Source of the DNA: Candidatus Odinarchaeota archaeon
Lineage (GTDB): Archaea; Asgardarchaeota; Odinarchaeia; Odinarchaeales; Odinarchaeaceae
Assembly (NCBI GenBank): GCA_038826135.1
Contig: JAWBON010000004.1
Location: forward strand, 5,159-37,158
Length of the DNA stretch: 32,000 nt
Direction of reading: 5' to 3'
The notes below the pieces were generated by a model. It saw only the letters and a list, made by a program, of their open reading frames with translations, ran no database searches and had not been told where the DNA came from. A program made the translations under genes and the position numbers. The stretch's first letter is position 1. Each line of letters opens with the position of its first letter. Shown here piece after piece: positions 9,453 to 17,996 of this stretch.

Positions 9453-10007
9453 ATGAGTAAAAGAGAGATAACGTATAAAGTTGAAAATGTCGTAGCGTCT
9501 GTGAGTTTGGATGATCGAATAGACCTTAACAAGCTTTCAAATAATATTTCCGAGGCGGAGTATGATCCATCTCAGTTCCCTGGTTTAGTTCTACGTTTGA
9601 AGGATCCGAAGGCGGCTATACTAGTTTTTAACACAGGTAGGATGGTTGTAACAGGTCTTAGAAGTGAGGAGGATGCTCCTAAAGTGGTTGCTAGGGTTAT
9701 TGAGAAAATTAAAACTGCGGGTATAGATATTAGAAGCGAGCCTAAAATACAGATTCAAAATATTGTGGCCTCAGGGAATCTGGGAGCTCGATTAGATTTG
9801 GAAGTAGCGTCTTTAACACTTGAAGACGCACTTTACGAGCCGGAGCAGTTTCCAGGTTTAATATACAGGGCGAAAGACCCGAAGGTGGTTTTCCTGCTTT
9901 TCTGTTCAGGTAGAATTGTATGCACGGGAGCTAAGAAGGAGACGAATGTTCAGGAAGCGGTTAATAAACTTGACAAGATGCTTACTGAATTAGAGATTTA
10001 CGCTTAA
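9453..10007 (+). CDS. tbp: TATA-box-binding protein
   Basis: Two repeats: ENVVAS / QNIVAS, YDPSQFPGL / YEPEQFPGL, VFNTGRMVVTG / LFCSGRIVCTG. Confidence 0.98.
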   Translation: MSKREITYKVENVVASVSLDDRIDLNKLSNNISEAEYDPSQFPGLVLRLKDPKAAILVFNTGRMVVTGLRSEEDAPKVVARVIEKIKTAGIDIRSEPKIQIQNIVASGNLGARLDLEVASLTLEDALYEPEQFPGLIYRAKDPKVVFLLFCSGRIVCTGAKKETNVQEAVNKLDKMLTELEIYA

Positions 10008-10068
10008 GTGAAAGAGTATTCTCCAGTATGGTTTTACACCGTACAATGCGCGCTATAATTTTATCATG

Positions 10069-10548
10069 TTAAATAATTTTTAAACTGTCTGCGAACCTTT
10101 TAAGCTTGCCCATATAATCACCGGTTGAAAGCTCTTTTACAGTGACTTCCATAGTAGCTAAAGATTTTTTACCGCATAAGTCCTCAATTTCCATAAATGC
10201 TTTAGTACTGTTTCCTTTACCGCTGCACGTGCAGAATAAGGCTGTTTGATTTATATGAGATCTAATTTTATCAATATAGGTTCTTATAGCGGGTGTAATA
10301 TTACCAGCCCAGATGGGTGTGCCTATTATCAATAGGTCATAGTCGGAGGCTTGTTTTTCAGGTTCTTTTATAGTGGTTTTTCTTTTTAGAGCCGCATCTT
10401 TACCAGCACCTAAAAAACCTGCGATACCGCTCCGCTTTTTAAGGTCGATTATTTCTTCTATGTCACATTGCACCAGTTCTAAGAGTTTATGAGCTACTGT
10501 TTTAGTTCGACCAGTTCTTGAGTAAAAAACTATGAGGGATTTTACCAT
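10069..10548 (-). CDS. Flavodoxin-family protein
   Basis: FYSRTGRT FMN phosphate loop and IGTPIWAG. Start moved to the ATG at 10548 because the longer ORF overlaps the upstream gene and precedes the fold. Confidence 0.85.
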   Translation of the reverse strand: MVKSLIVFYSRTGRTKTVAHKLLELVQCDIEEIIDLKKRSGIAGFLGAGKDAALKRKTTIKEPEKQASDYDLLIIGTPIWAGNITPAIRTYIDKIRSHINQTALFCTCSGKGNSTKAFMEIEDLCGKKSLATMEVTVKELSTGDYMGKLKRFADSLKII

Positions 10549-10576
10549 AAGATCACTAAATAAGAGTTTATTTAGA

Positions 10577-12178
10577 TTAAACCTTATATGCTTTCTGTAT
10601 GAGTTTTTCCTCAGATCGGGTTGTCTTGCTAAGCTTATTCGAGAAAATGTGGGATGCAACCCTCATAAGACGGCTTTCACCTTTCAAATCCTTTTCTTTC
10701 TGAGCTAGGAAAAACGCCATTAACCGTGTTAACACGGTTATCCCCAGTCCTGAAATAAAATTATGTTTCTCCGTTGTTAACTGGTATAATGGTTCTATGT
10801 ATCTTGCATTATGTTTCCAGCATGTTAAGAGAAGCTTCCAGTGTTCTTTAGACATGTAACCGGAGATGAATGCTTTCATGCCTTTAAGCGTTGTAAACTC
10901 CATTGGTACAAAGAATAATGGTATAAACAGCGACGGGTACTCGCTGAGGCTTTTTATTAAGTCAATAGTTTGGTTAACATCCTCTTTCTCCTCTCCCGGT
11001 AATCCCATCATAAGTGTTCCAACAGAGACCCATTTATTCTGCCACATTACTTTATGAGCTTCTCTAACAACCTCAGGCCATTCATCCGGTTTACAGGGAG
11101 CTGGTTTACCGGCCATATGAAGCTTCATAAGTCTTGAACTGCCAGTTTCTATACCGGGCTGGCAACCGTAATATTTATGCCCGTGTTTTCTGAGAAGCTT
11201 GGTAAGTTTAGCTATTACGTCTGGTTGACATACGAACGGTGATAGGCATGAATGAGTTATGAATATTTCTTTAACGCCTGTTTTAAACCCTTCTTTATAT
11301 AGTGTGAATAAAGCGTCCTCGTCTATTAGGAAATTCTTAGAGCCGTAGCGGAGTGTATCGTCTGAATGGAATGTGATAGCTTTAAAACCAGCTTTAACAT
11401 GAACTTTAATATCGTTTAGTATTTTTTCAAAAGGCATCATCCTCATTTTGCCGCTTGTAGCTGGAACACAGAATTTGCAGCCTCGACCGCAACCTCGAGC
11501 AACTTCAACCAATCCGAATACTGATGGTGTAAGCACGGGTGGGATGTCTTCAGGTTTAGCTATCGGCCCGTATACAACTCTTTCAGGATACTCGCCGCCA
11601 TCTAGTAGAGTGTTGAACACTTTTGGGATAGTATATTCTGCTTCATTAATTAGCAGATAGTCGATTCCAAGTTTGTCAGCAACGCTTATACGGTTTATCT
11701 GCCAGGCTCCAGGTCCGCCTACAATAATTTTTAAACCGTATTTTTCTTTCAATTCACGAACTGGGCCGAACATTAATCTTAGAAATTCCACTCTTGTATG
11801 TGGTATCCCGGAGAATAGCGTGCTCCAGGTTGTTGTTGACGGACCCAGACCTAACGGATCCATAACAGATATGGCTAAAATCTTAGTTTTCTCTGTTACA
11901 ACATTAGTTAGAAAATCAGGGTGAGCTATTTTAACCTCATCTTTAGATATATTGGCTCTGTGAATAACTATAGCTTCAGCTGTTGTTAAGGCTGGTGTAG
12001 CCATACTAACTGTTCCGTCAGGGTTTGAGGGAACAGGAGGGCAGAGTAGAGAGTAGTAAAGGGAGTCAGGGCATACATTAGTGGGAAGGGATGCAGCTAA
12101 CCCCATGTAAAGATTATTTCCATATGTTGTAAGAAGACTCCTATCGGAGGTTAATACTATTTTAGCTTCATCTTTCAA
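10577..12178 (-). CDS. Radical SAM protein with N-terminal B12-binding-like domain
   Basis: CxxxCxxC (RGCGRGCKFC), IIVGGPGAW in the N-terminal domain, GIETGS and MMGLPGE. Confidence 0.85.
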   Translation of the reverse strand: MKDEAKIVLTSDRSLLTTYGNNLYMGLAASLPTNVCPDSLYYSLLCPPVPSNPDGTVSMATPALTTAEAIVIHRANISKDEVKIAHPDFLTNVVTEKTKILAISVMDPLGLGPSTTTWSTLFSGIPHTRVEFLRLMFGPVRELKEKYGLKIIVGGPGAWQINRISVADKLGIDYLLINEAEYTIPKVFNTLLDGGEYPERVVYGPIAKPEDIPPVLTPSVFGLVEVARGCGRGCKFCVPATSGKMRMMPFEKILNDIKVHVKAGFKAITFHSDDTLRYGSKNFLIDEDALFTLYKEGFKTGVKEIFITHSCLSPFVCQPDVIAKLTKLLRKHGHKYYGCQPGIETGSSRLMKLHMAGKPAPCKPDEWPEVVREAHKVMWQNKWVSVGTLMMGLPGEEKEDVNQTIDLIKSLSEYPSLFIPLFFVPMEFTTLKGMKAFISGYMSKEHWKLLLTCWKHNARYIEPLYQLTTEKHNFISGLGITVLTRLMAFFLAQKEKDLKGESRLMRVASHIFSNKLSKTTRSEEKLIQKAYKV

Positions 12179-12225
12179 ACCGATTACCCCGCTTATAGTA
12201 AGAACAGAAATATTTTGATAGTATA

Positions 12226-13515
12226 TTAAGATTCTTTTTCGCGTTTAAGTTTAACACTGTTCCCGTTCACTTCAACTATGTTAGCTTCCGATAACTCATT
12301 TATAATTTTTTTAGTCATTAGAGGAGTGTAACCTATTGCAGTATTCAAAGCCTCGATTGAAATCTCGTTAACTGATTCCAGTATTTGTAAAACTTTGAAT
12401 TTAGGCTCTGACACTAAGATTTTTTTAAGTTTCTCTACTCTATTTAACTCCTCTCTCTGCTTAGCGTTGATGCGCTGCAGCTCAGCGTACTCCATTTGAA
12501 GCTGGTTTAATCTTTTATCATATTCGGATGCCCGCCCCAAATCTTTTTTAACTCGTTGCAGCTCGGATTCAAGCTGTTCTACTCTCATCTTACTCTCTTC
12601 AATCTTATTCTTTAATGAATTATTCTCATCAGTAAGTTTTGAAATCTGGTTTTCTAAATCCGCTGCTTGACTGTTTTTCTGAGATAATGCATCCTTTAAT
12701 ATTTTTATTTCAGCCTTGACTTTTGCAGCGTCAATTATATCTTCACCTGCAGGTTTTTCAGACCTCGCAGATTTAAGCTCGTTAAGCTTATTTGTTAAAA
12801 ACATATTCTCCGAGTGTGCTTCAGCTAATTGATTTTGCAGCGATTTCAGTTTATCGTCTACATTTTTTTGTTTGATATTTAACTCGTTTAACTCGTTTTT
12901 ATATATTTCATTCTGTTTTGTTAAAGTTGCAATCTTGGCTTCTAAACTTGCTTTATCTTCCTGGATTGCTAGGTATTCTCTATTTAAATCGTCGAATTTT
13001 CTCTTCAACTCGAGGTAGTCTTTTGCCACTGCATCTTTATCGAAAACATTCTTTTTAAGCTCGCCTATCTGGGCAACGTAGTCTTTTATTATTTTATCCC
13101 TTTTTTCAACTTCAGCTGTAAGGGAGGCTACCTTATCCTCTAGGCTTTTCTTCTCATACTCAAGTCTTTTAACATTGTCTTTCTCGGTTTCAATTATCCT
13201 ATCGAATGTTACGCTTATATCTTGCATTTTATTCGAGAATTTATCACGGACATTCTGCATTAAATATGTTAGGGCCTCTTTAATTTCAGATTTAAACTCG
13301 TTTTTAAGATCTTCAAAGTTTTCATTAATGATTTTATCATACGAGGATGATATCAGAGGAATCACGAATTTTAATCTAACTGTGTCAAACTGGTTTATCA
13401 AAGGGTCCTTTAACTGCTTTAACTGTTCGCTGAATTTAGCAAGCTCTTCATCGAGTGTTTTCATTATCTCCTCTTCAAGTTCGTCGAAAATAGGTTTCGA
13501 CTTATCCTGGCTCAT
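12226..13515 (-). CDS. Long coiled-coil protein with C-terminal winged helix, no ATPase motifs
   Basis: About 250 aa of heptad-rich L/E/K/Q sequence; the C-terminus PKFKVLQIL...ISIEALNTAIG...IINELSEANIVEV is wHTH-like. Likely start ATG 13515 (ORF track: TTG 13524). Confidence 0.7.
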   Translation of the reverse strand: MSQDKSKPIFDELEEEIMKTLDEELAKFSEQLKQLKDPLINQFDTVRLKFVIPLISSSYDKIINENFEDLKNEFKSEIKEALTYLMQNVRDKFSNKMQDISVTFDRIIETEKDNVKRLEYEKKSLEDKVASLTAEVEKRDKIIKDYVAQIGELKKNVFDKDAVAKDYLELKRKFDDLNREYLAIQEDKASLEAKIATLTKQNEIYKNELNELNIKQKNVDDKLKSLQNQLAEAHSENMFLTNKLNELKSARSEKPAGEDIIDAAKVKAEIKILKDALSQKNSQAADLENQISKLTDENNSLKNKIEESKMRVEQLESELQRVKKDLGRASEYDKRLNQLQMEYAELQRINAKQREELNRVEKLKKILVSEPKFKVLQILESVNEISIEALNTAIGYTPLMTKKIINELSEANIVEVNGNSVKLKREKES

Positions 13516-13529
13516 ATTTTTCAACCCCT

Positions 13530-14015
13530 TCAGCCAGATTTGCCCCCGGATTTAAGGCCTTCTTCTAATAATTTTAGAATTTCACTCCACTTCCACTTAC
13601 TTTTTTCGCTGAGCTCTATTTTCTGTCGCACACTCATTCTAAGAAATTTAGCTGTAAATAAGTCGAAGAACGTGTCAACCACGTTTTTAACAACTGGATC
13701 GGTCTTATCATAGTGTACGTAGTATACGTCAGGCTCAGGGTTTGAGAAGCCTATTTTCTCCCTGTCTATTTTAAACCAGTTTAAGACTGCTAAAAATTCT
13801 TTTAAATCTTTTTCCGATAATGTTAACTTTTCAGTTAATTTAGAGTTGACTGAGGTGAAAAGATTTTCTGGAAGGCTTTCAGGAATATTTATCAATGGCT
13901 TGTCAAGTTCTTTTAGAACCTCGTTTTTTGATAGATACTTATCCTCTGTTTTACCTATTATAAGGTTTAAAACCTCTTTTTTAAGGCGTTTAAGGTTTTC
14001 ACCGATCTTCTCCAT
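13530..14015 (-). CDS. Hypothetical soluble protein between pelG and the coiled-coil gene
   Basis: ATG with SD AGGTG overlapping the pelG stop; very short gaps on both sides; no family recognised. Confidence 0.65.
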   Translation of the reverse strand: MEKIGENLKRLKKEVLNLIIGKTEDKYLSKNEVLKELDKPLINIPESLPENLFTSVNSKLTEKLTLSEKDLKEFLAVLNWFKIDREKIGFSNPEPDVYYVHYDKTDPVVKNVVDTFFDLFTAKFLRMSVRQKIELSEKSKWKWSEILKLLEEGLKSGGKSG

Positions 14016-14023
14016 TTAACCAC

Positions 14024-15622
14024 CTAAAGCAGAGTTGAATAAGCCCTATACGGAAATTCCATTATATTCTTCCGTACTAGTTGTAATCCGATTACTGTGC
14101 CCAGCAGGAATGCTGCTATATAGCCGAATACAGCCAGATAAACTGAACCGCTTATAATAGCTAGCAGCGGGCATAAAACAATATTAGCCATAAATGTTAG
14201 TAACATAAGCCAGACGTTTAAACTATGCTGTTCCAGATACATTAAACCTAGGTAGCAGAGTATCGTAGCGGTATGGAATATAACCCCTACAGTAGCCATT
14301 CTGAAAACGAATAGCGCTGCGGGCATGGTTACGCCGAATATTGTTAATTTTGGAGTTAAAGGATCACTTAGATTCAGGAAAACGGATATAATATTCTCGC
14401 CGAAAATGTTTAGTATGATTGAGAAAACTAGTATAACTGACATAGATGTTAGTACTAGTTTTCTGAAAAACTTGTAAAAACCTTTAAGGTTTTCTTCAAG
14501 TTTTGGAAGAGGATCCTTGTATGTTCCTGAAACAGCCTTCTGAAAATTCGGGGTGAAAAGCTCCATTAGAACGGCGATTAATCCCACTCCCGGTATTAGA
14601 ATCCATTGAGCTATGTTTATACCTGTTTCGTAGAAGACGTTGAAAGCTATGAATAAACCGGATGTAGCTTGACCTGAAGAAAACCATATGAAAAATCTGT
14701 CAGCCCATAGAGTTGCGAAGTATAGAGTATTAGCTAAGAAAAGCGCTATAAAATTTTTTAGACTGCCAATTAAGCTAACCCCGCCCTGTCCACCGACTGT
14801 TTTAACCTCTGTTATGTCGTGTTCAATTTTTACCAGAAGTTGCCCGAATTCTTTAACAAGCTTCTGGTACTCTTCTAGGAATATCTCACCTTTTTCAAAC
14901 CTGTTTCGTATATCCTCTAAGATCTTGAAAAGAGCAACTCTTCTAGCAGCTAATTCCGCGGCGACATTCTTACCGCTTTTTAAAATAATGTTGAGATATA
15001 TGAATGTGCCAATAGATGCTGTGAAAAAGCCTAAGCTTTGAAAGGCTATAACCCCGCTCACACCGAATGTTAAAGCTCCTAAAACGGAGAGAGCGTAGCC
15101 TGCGATACTGCTTACTGCAAATATCGCTGTTAACTGGCCGAACTTTCTTAAACCTATTATAGGGGCGACTGCAACCCATAGAAACGATAATGCTGAGAAT
15201 TGAACTGCGAAAAGTAGACTGGTGAGTAAGCCGCCGGTTAACATGTTCTCTAAGCCGATAGCTATCGATGATGCGATTAAACAGAGAACCCCTGTTAACG
15301 CATATATTTTTAAAGTGAATCTTCCAGCGGTTTTATTATCACCCACCGCGATCTTATCTAAAACTATTTTAGTCTCTAAAGCTTGGAATCCTGCTGTTAA
15401 AATCAGGCTAAGAGGGGTTGCTAAGCTTATTACAAGACCTAAAGTTGCTCTTTCAGCCGGCAGTAGAGCTGAAGCTATGTAGTAACCAACTATTGTAGAA
15501 CATACTATTACGAGAAGCCATGGGCCGTTAGCAAGAATACTGTATGATAAAAACCTGCCTAAAAGCCTTATTTTAGTATCTTTTCTACGTTTAAGCTGTA
15601 TTTTCTCAATACTGGTTTCCAT
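14024..15622 (-). CDS. pelG: Pel exopolysaccharide transporter PelG-like, with a cytoplasmic helical insert
   Basis: PelG-type motifs ANGPWLL, LWADRFFIWF and YE...IA...IP; about 12 TM; adjacent to pelF. Start ATG 15622 (SD AGGTG plus 6 nt). Confidence 0.75.
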   Translation of the reverse strand: METSIEKIQLKRRKDTKIRLLGRFLSYSILANGPWLLVIVCSTIVGYYIASALLPAERATLGLVISLATPLSLILTAGFQALETKIVLDKIAVGDNKTAGRFTLKIYALTGVLCLIASSIAIGLENMLTGGLLTSLLFAVQFSALSFLWVAVAPIIGLRKFGQLTAIFAVSSIAGYALSVLGALTFGVSGVIAFQSLGFFTASIGTFIYLNIILKSGKNVAAELAARRVALFKILEDIRNRFEKGEIFLEEYQKLVKEFGQLLVKIEHDITEVKTVGGQGGVSLIGSLKNFIALFLANTLYFATLWADRFFIWFSSGQATSGLFIAFNVFYETGINIAQWILIPGVGLIAVLMELFTPNFQKAVSGTYKDPLPKLEENLKGFYKFFRKLVLTSMSVILVFSIILNIFGENIISVFLNLSDPLTPKLTIFGVTMPAALFVFRMATVGVIFHTATILCYLGLMYLEQHSLNVWLMLLTFMANIVLCPLLAIISGSVYLAVFGYIAAFLLGTVIGLQLVRKNIMEFPYRAYSTLL

Positions 15623-15631
15623 TGAAGACAC

Positions 15632-15744
15632 CTATAATTTTTATGAAGATTATAATAATATTTAATGATATAATTTTATATTTAAGAATATGACAATAAA
15701 TATAATAAAGTTTTGCGAAAAATATAGTGCTCAGGTGAATTGAA
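15632..15744. promoter_or_regulatory. AT-rich divergent promoter region shared by pelG and pelF
   Basis: 113-nt head-to-head gap with several TATA-like tracts (TTTTATATTTAA, TATATAATAAA). Confidence 0.45.
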
Positions 15745-17154
15745 TTGAAAAATCTCAGAGTTTGCCTAGTCACAGAGGGAACTTACCCTTACGTGGTTGG
15801 CGGTGTAAGTTCATGGGTTCACAGGTTAATTACACAGTTAAAGGATGTAACATTCGAAGTTCTCGCTATAGTTCCGGCAGGTGAATTAAAAGAGAAGTAT
15901 TCTATTCCGCCGAACCTGAAAAATATTTACAGGATCCCGATAATTGATGAAGAGAAATTCACTCAACCCAAGATTAAAACCGGAGAGTACTATGAGAAAT
16001 ATATCCGAACAGTTAAATGGCTCCACCAGTATCTTGGTGAAGATGACTTCAATAACGCTTCAGAATACTTGGTGAAGCTGCACTCACAGCTTGAAAACGA
16101 GAGACCACGGTTTTGGGCTAGTAAACCAGGATGGGAATACTTGAAGAAGCAATACTCTAACCTTAAAGAAGCCCCTTCAATGATCGAATGGATACTTGCG
16201 TGGAAGGATACCCATATACCTTTATTGAATCTAACAGCCAGTCTTATACCTGAAGCTGATATTTACCACGCTACTAACAGCGGGTTCGCCGGGTTTTTAG
16301 CTATTATAGGAGCTATGAAACATAATAAGCCGTCCATAATAACAGATCACGGGATATTCTTAAGGGAAAGACTTATGGAGTTGAGCAAAGCTAAAATAAA
16401 AGGTTTAGCTGAAGAAATGTGGCTGGATGTTTTAACCGGTCTTAGTAGACTAATATACACTAACGCAACCCTGGTAACATCTGTATGTAATTATAATGTT
16501 AACTGGGTTACTGAGAAGCTGAGAATACCACGCGATAAATTCAAGGTAATATATAATGGAGTTGATCCTGAACGGCTAAAACCTGTAGAAACACCTAAAC
16601 CACCTTATAGAGTGGTTGGAAGCATAAGCCGCGTCCACCCGATTAAAGATATAAAAACGTTCATAAAAGCAGCGGACATAGTTTTGAAAAAGGAAGGTAA
16701 TGTAAAATTCTTCGTAGTAGGACCTGTAGACGATCAGAAATATTATAAAGAATGCTTAAATCTCATCAAGAAATTAGGTATAAGCGAAAACTTCATTTTC
16801 ACAGGCTCGAGAGGAGAGGACATATTATACTGGTATAATCTCTTCGACATATTTGTTTTATCAAGCATTTCCGAGGGGTTCCCGATGTCAACGATTGAGG
16901 CGATGGCCTGCGGCACACCGGTTATAGTAACAGATGTCGGTGGAGCTGCAGAGCCTGTTGAAGACTGCGGTTACGTTATACCTTCCGGAGACGCGGAGCA
17001 GCTTGCACAGCGAATACTTGAAATACTTCAAAGCAAAGAGGTAGCGGAAAAATTCTCTGAAAACGCCCGGCGAAAAGTAGTAGAGAAATTCTCATTATCA
17101 AAAATCATGAGCGAATACGAGAAGGTCTACCAGGAGTTAGCGGTTAAAAAATAG
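15745..17154 (+). CDS. pelF: GT4 glycosyltransferase PelF-like (DUF3492-type N-terminus plus GT4 domain)
   Basis: TEGTYPYVVGGVSSW, YHATNSGFAG, TDHGIFLRER, RVHPIKDIKTFI and E-x7-E (EGFPMSTIE). SD AGGTGA plus 6 nt before the TTG. Confidence 0.85.
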   Translation: MKNLRVCLVTEGTYPYVVGGVSSWVHRLITQLKDVTFEVLAIVPAGELKEKYSIPPNLKNIYRIPIIDEEKFTQPKIKTGEYYEKYIRTVKWLHQYLGEDDFNNASEYLVKLHSQLENERPRFWASKPGWEYLKKQYSNLKEAPSMIEWILAWKDTHIPLLNLTASLIPEADIYHATNSGFAGFLAIIGAMKHNKPSIITDHGIFLRERLMELSKAKIKGLAEEMWLDVLTGLSRLIYTNATLVTSVCNYNVNWVTEKLRIPRDKFKVIYNGVDPERLKPVETPKPPYRVVGSISRVHPIKDIKTFIKAADIVLKKEGNVKFFVVGPVDDQKYYKECLNLIKKLGISENFIFTGSRGEDILYWYNLFDIFVLSSISEGFPMSTIEAMACGTPVIVTDVGGAAEPVEDCGYVIPSGDAEQLAQRILEILQSKEVAEKFSENARRKVVEKFSLSKIMSEYEKVYQELAVKK

Positions 17155-17164
17155 TATAGGGGGC

Positions 17165-17860
17165 TTATACCGCAACCCCCTCGTCAGGCTTAAACATTGG
17201 TTCAAGAGCACTAGGCGCTTTCTCTGGTTTCTTCTCCTCGCTTTTAGCAGCCTTCTCTTTTTTAGGTAGAATATAGCCGCCGATCTTCCCCCCTATAGCT
17301 CCGAAAACTATTGCTAGAACAACGTTTACTACAAGTGCCATTAATAACGGCTGAATAAAAGTGCCTATTAAAGTTGATATGTCAAAGCCACCGCCCATAC
17401 CTGATAATACAAAAGTGATTATTGAGTCGACTAGGCCGCCTATAACGGGAGCGCTTAAAATTTTAATAATATCAACCCCTAACGGGGGGCTTGTTATAAG
17501 AGACATTAACTGGGCTTGAGCGGTTGGATTAGTCATAACCGTGAAAAAGCTTAGAACTCCGAAACCGACCATTAATATGAATCCGAAGAACAGTGTTGAA
17601 ATAGCTACAGCGATACCGCCTTTAGCGCTACCGGCTATTAAACCACCTACTAAAGCAGCTCCTATCAATATAGAAATATGAAGAAGATCATCATAGGGGC
17701 CTATTAAAGCGTAAAACCCTGTTAAAATAACAGTTAGATTTAATCCGAAAACTGGCTCAAACCAGGTTATCAACATAGAATAGCCTTCAGGTAGGAACAA
17801 TAATGTTAAACCGAATATCATCGCTAAAGCTACGATCCAGCCTAATAGTTTACTACCCGT
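17165..17860 (-). CDS. Multi-pass membrane protein of unknown function, probably starting at ACG
   Basis: 5-6 Gly-rich hydrophobic segments and a charged C-tail. SD GGAGGTG lies 5 nt before the in-frame ACG at 17860, which completes TM1 (MGSKLLGWIVALAMIFGLTLLFLP); first ATG is 17821. Confidence 0.7.
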   Translation of the reverse strand, partial: TGSKLLGWIVALAMIFGLTLLFLPEGYSMLITWFEPVFGLNLTVILTGFYALIGPYDDLLHISILIGAALVGGLIAGSAKGGIAVAISTLFFGFILMVGFGVLSFFTVMTNPTAQAQLMSLITSPPLGVDIIKILSAPVIGGLVDSIITFVLSGMGGGFDISTLIGTFIQPLLMALVVNVVLAIVFGAIGGKIGGYILPKKEKAAKSEEKKPEKAPSALEPMFKPDEGVAV

Positions 17861-17996
17861 GGTAACACCTCCAATATATTGGATATTAAAAGATTTTTAA
17901 ATAGATATATTATCAATTTAATACGCTTCGTATAAATATAATGATATCGCTAAACTACACTAAAAAGAAAAATATAAAACAGTTTATTTATTAATA

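Noticed and set aside
10549-10659. 37-aa N-terminal extension of the flavodoxin in the ORF track
   Set aside because: It overlaps the radical SAM 3' end; the fold and an SD-like GTGAT support the ATG at 10548.
12226-13515. Coiled-coil protein as SMC/Rad50 or ESCRT-III/CdvB
   Set aside because: No Walker A/B, signature or Zn-hook motif, and it is longer and differently patterned than a Snf7 core.
8638-15482. ORFs 8638-8829, 10866-11057, 11448-11660, 11673-11924, 13175-13555, 14496-14687, 14688-15041, 14970-15179 and 15222-15482
   Set aside because: Shadow or alternate-frame ORFs inside eL33, the radical SAM gene, the coiled-coil gene and pelG.
17921-17933. Short inverted repeat ATACG-CTT-CGTAT resembling the feo operator half-site
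   Set aside because: Only 5-bp arms with different spacing; expected by chance in AT-rich DNA.
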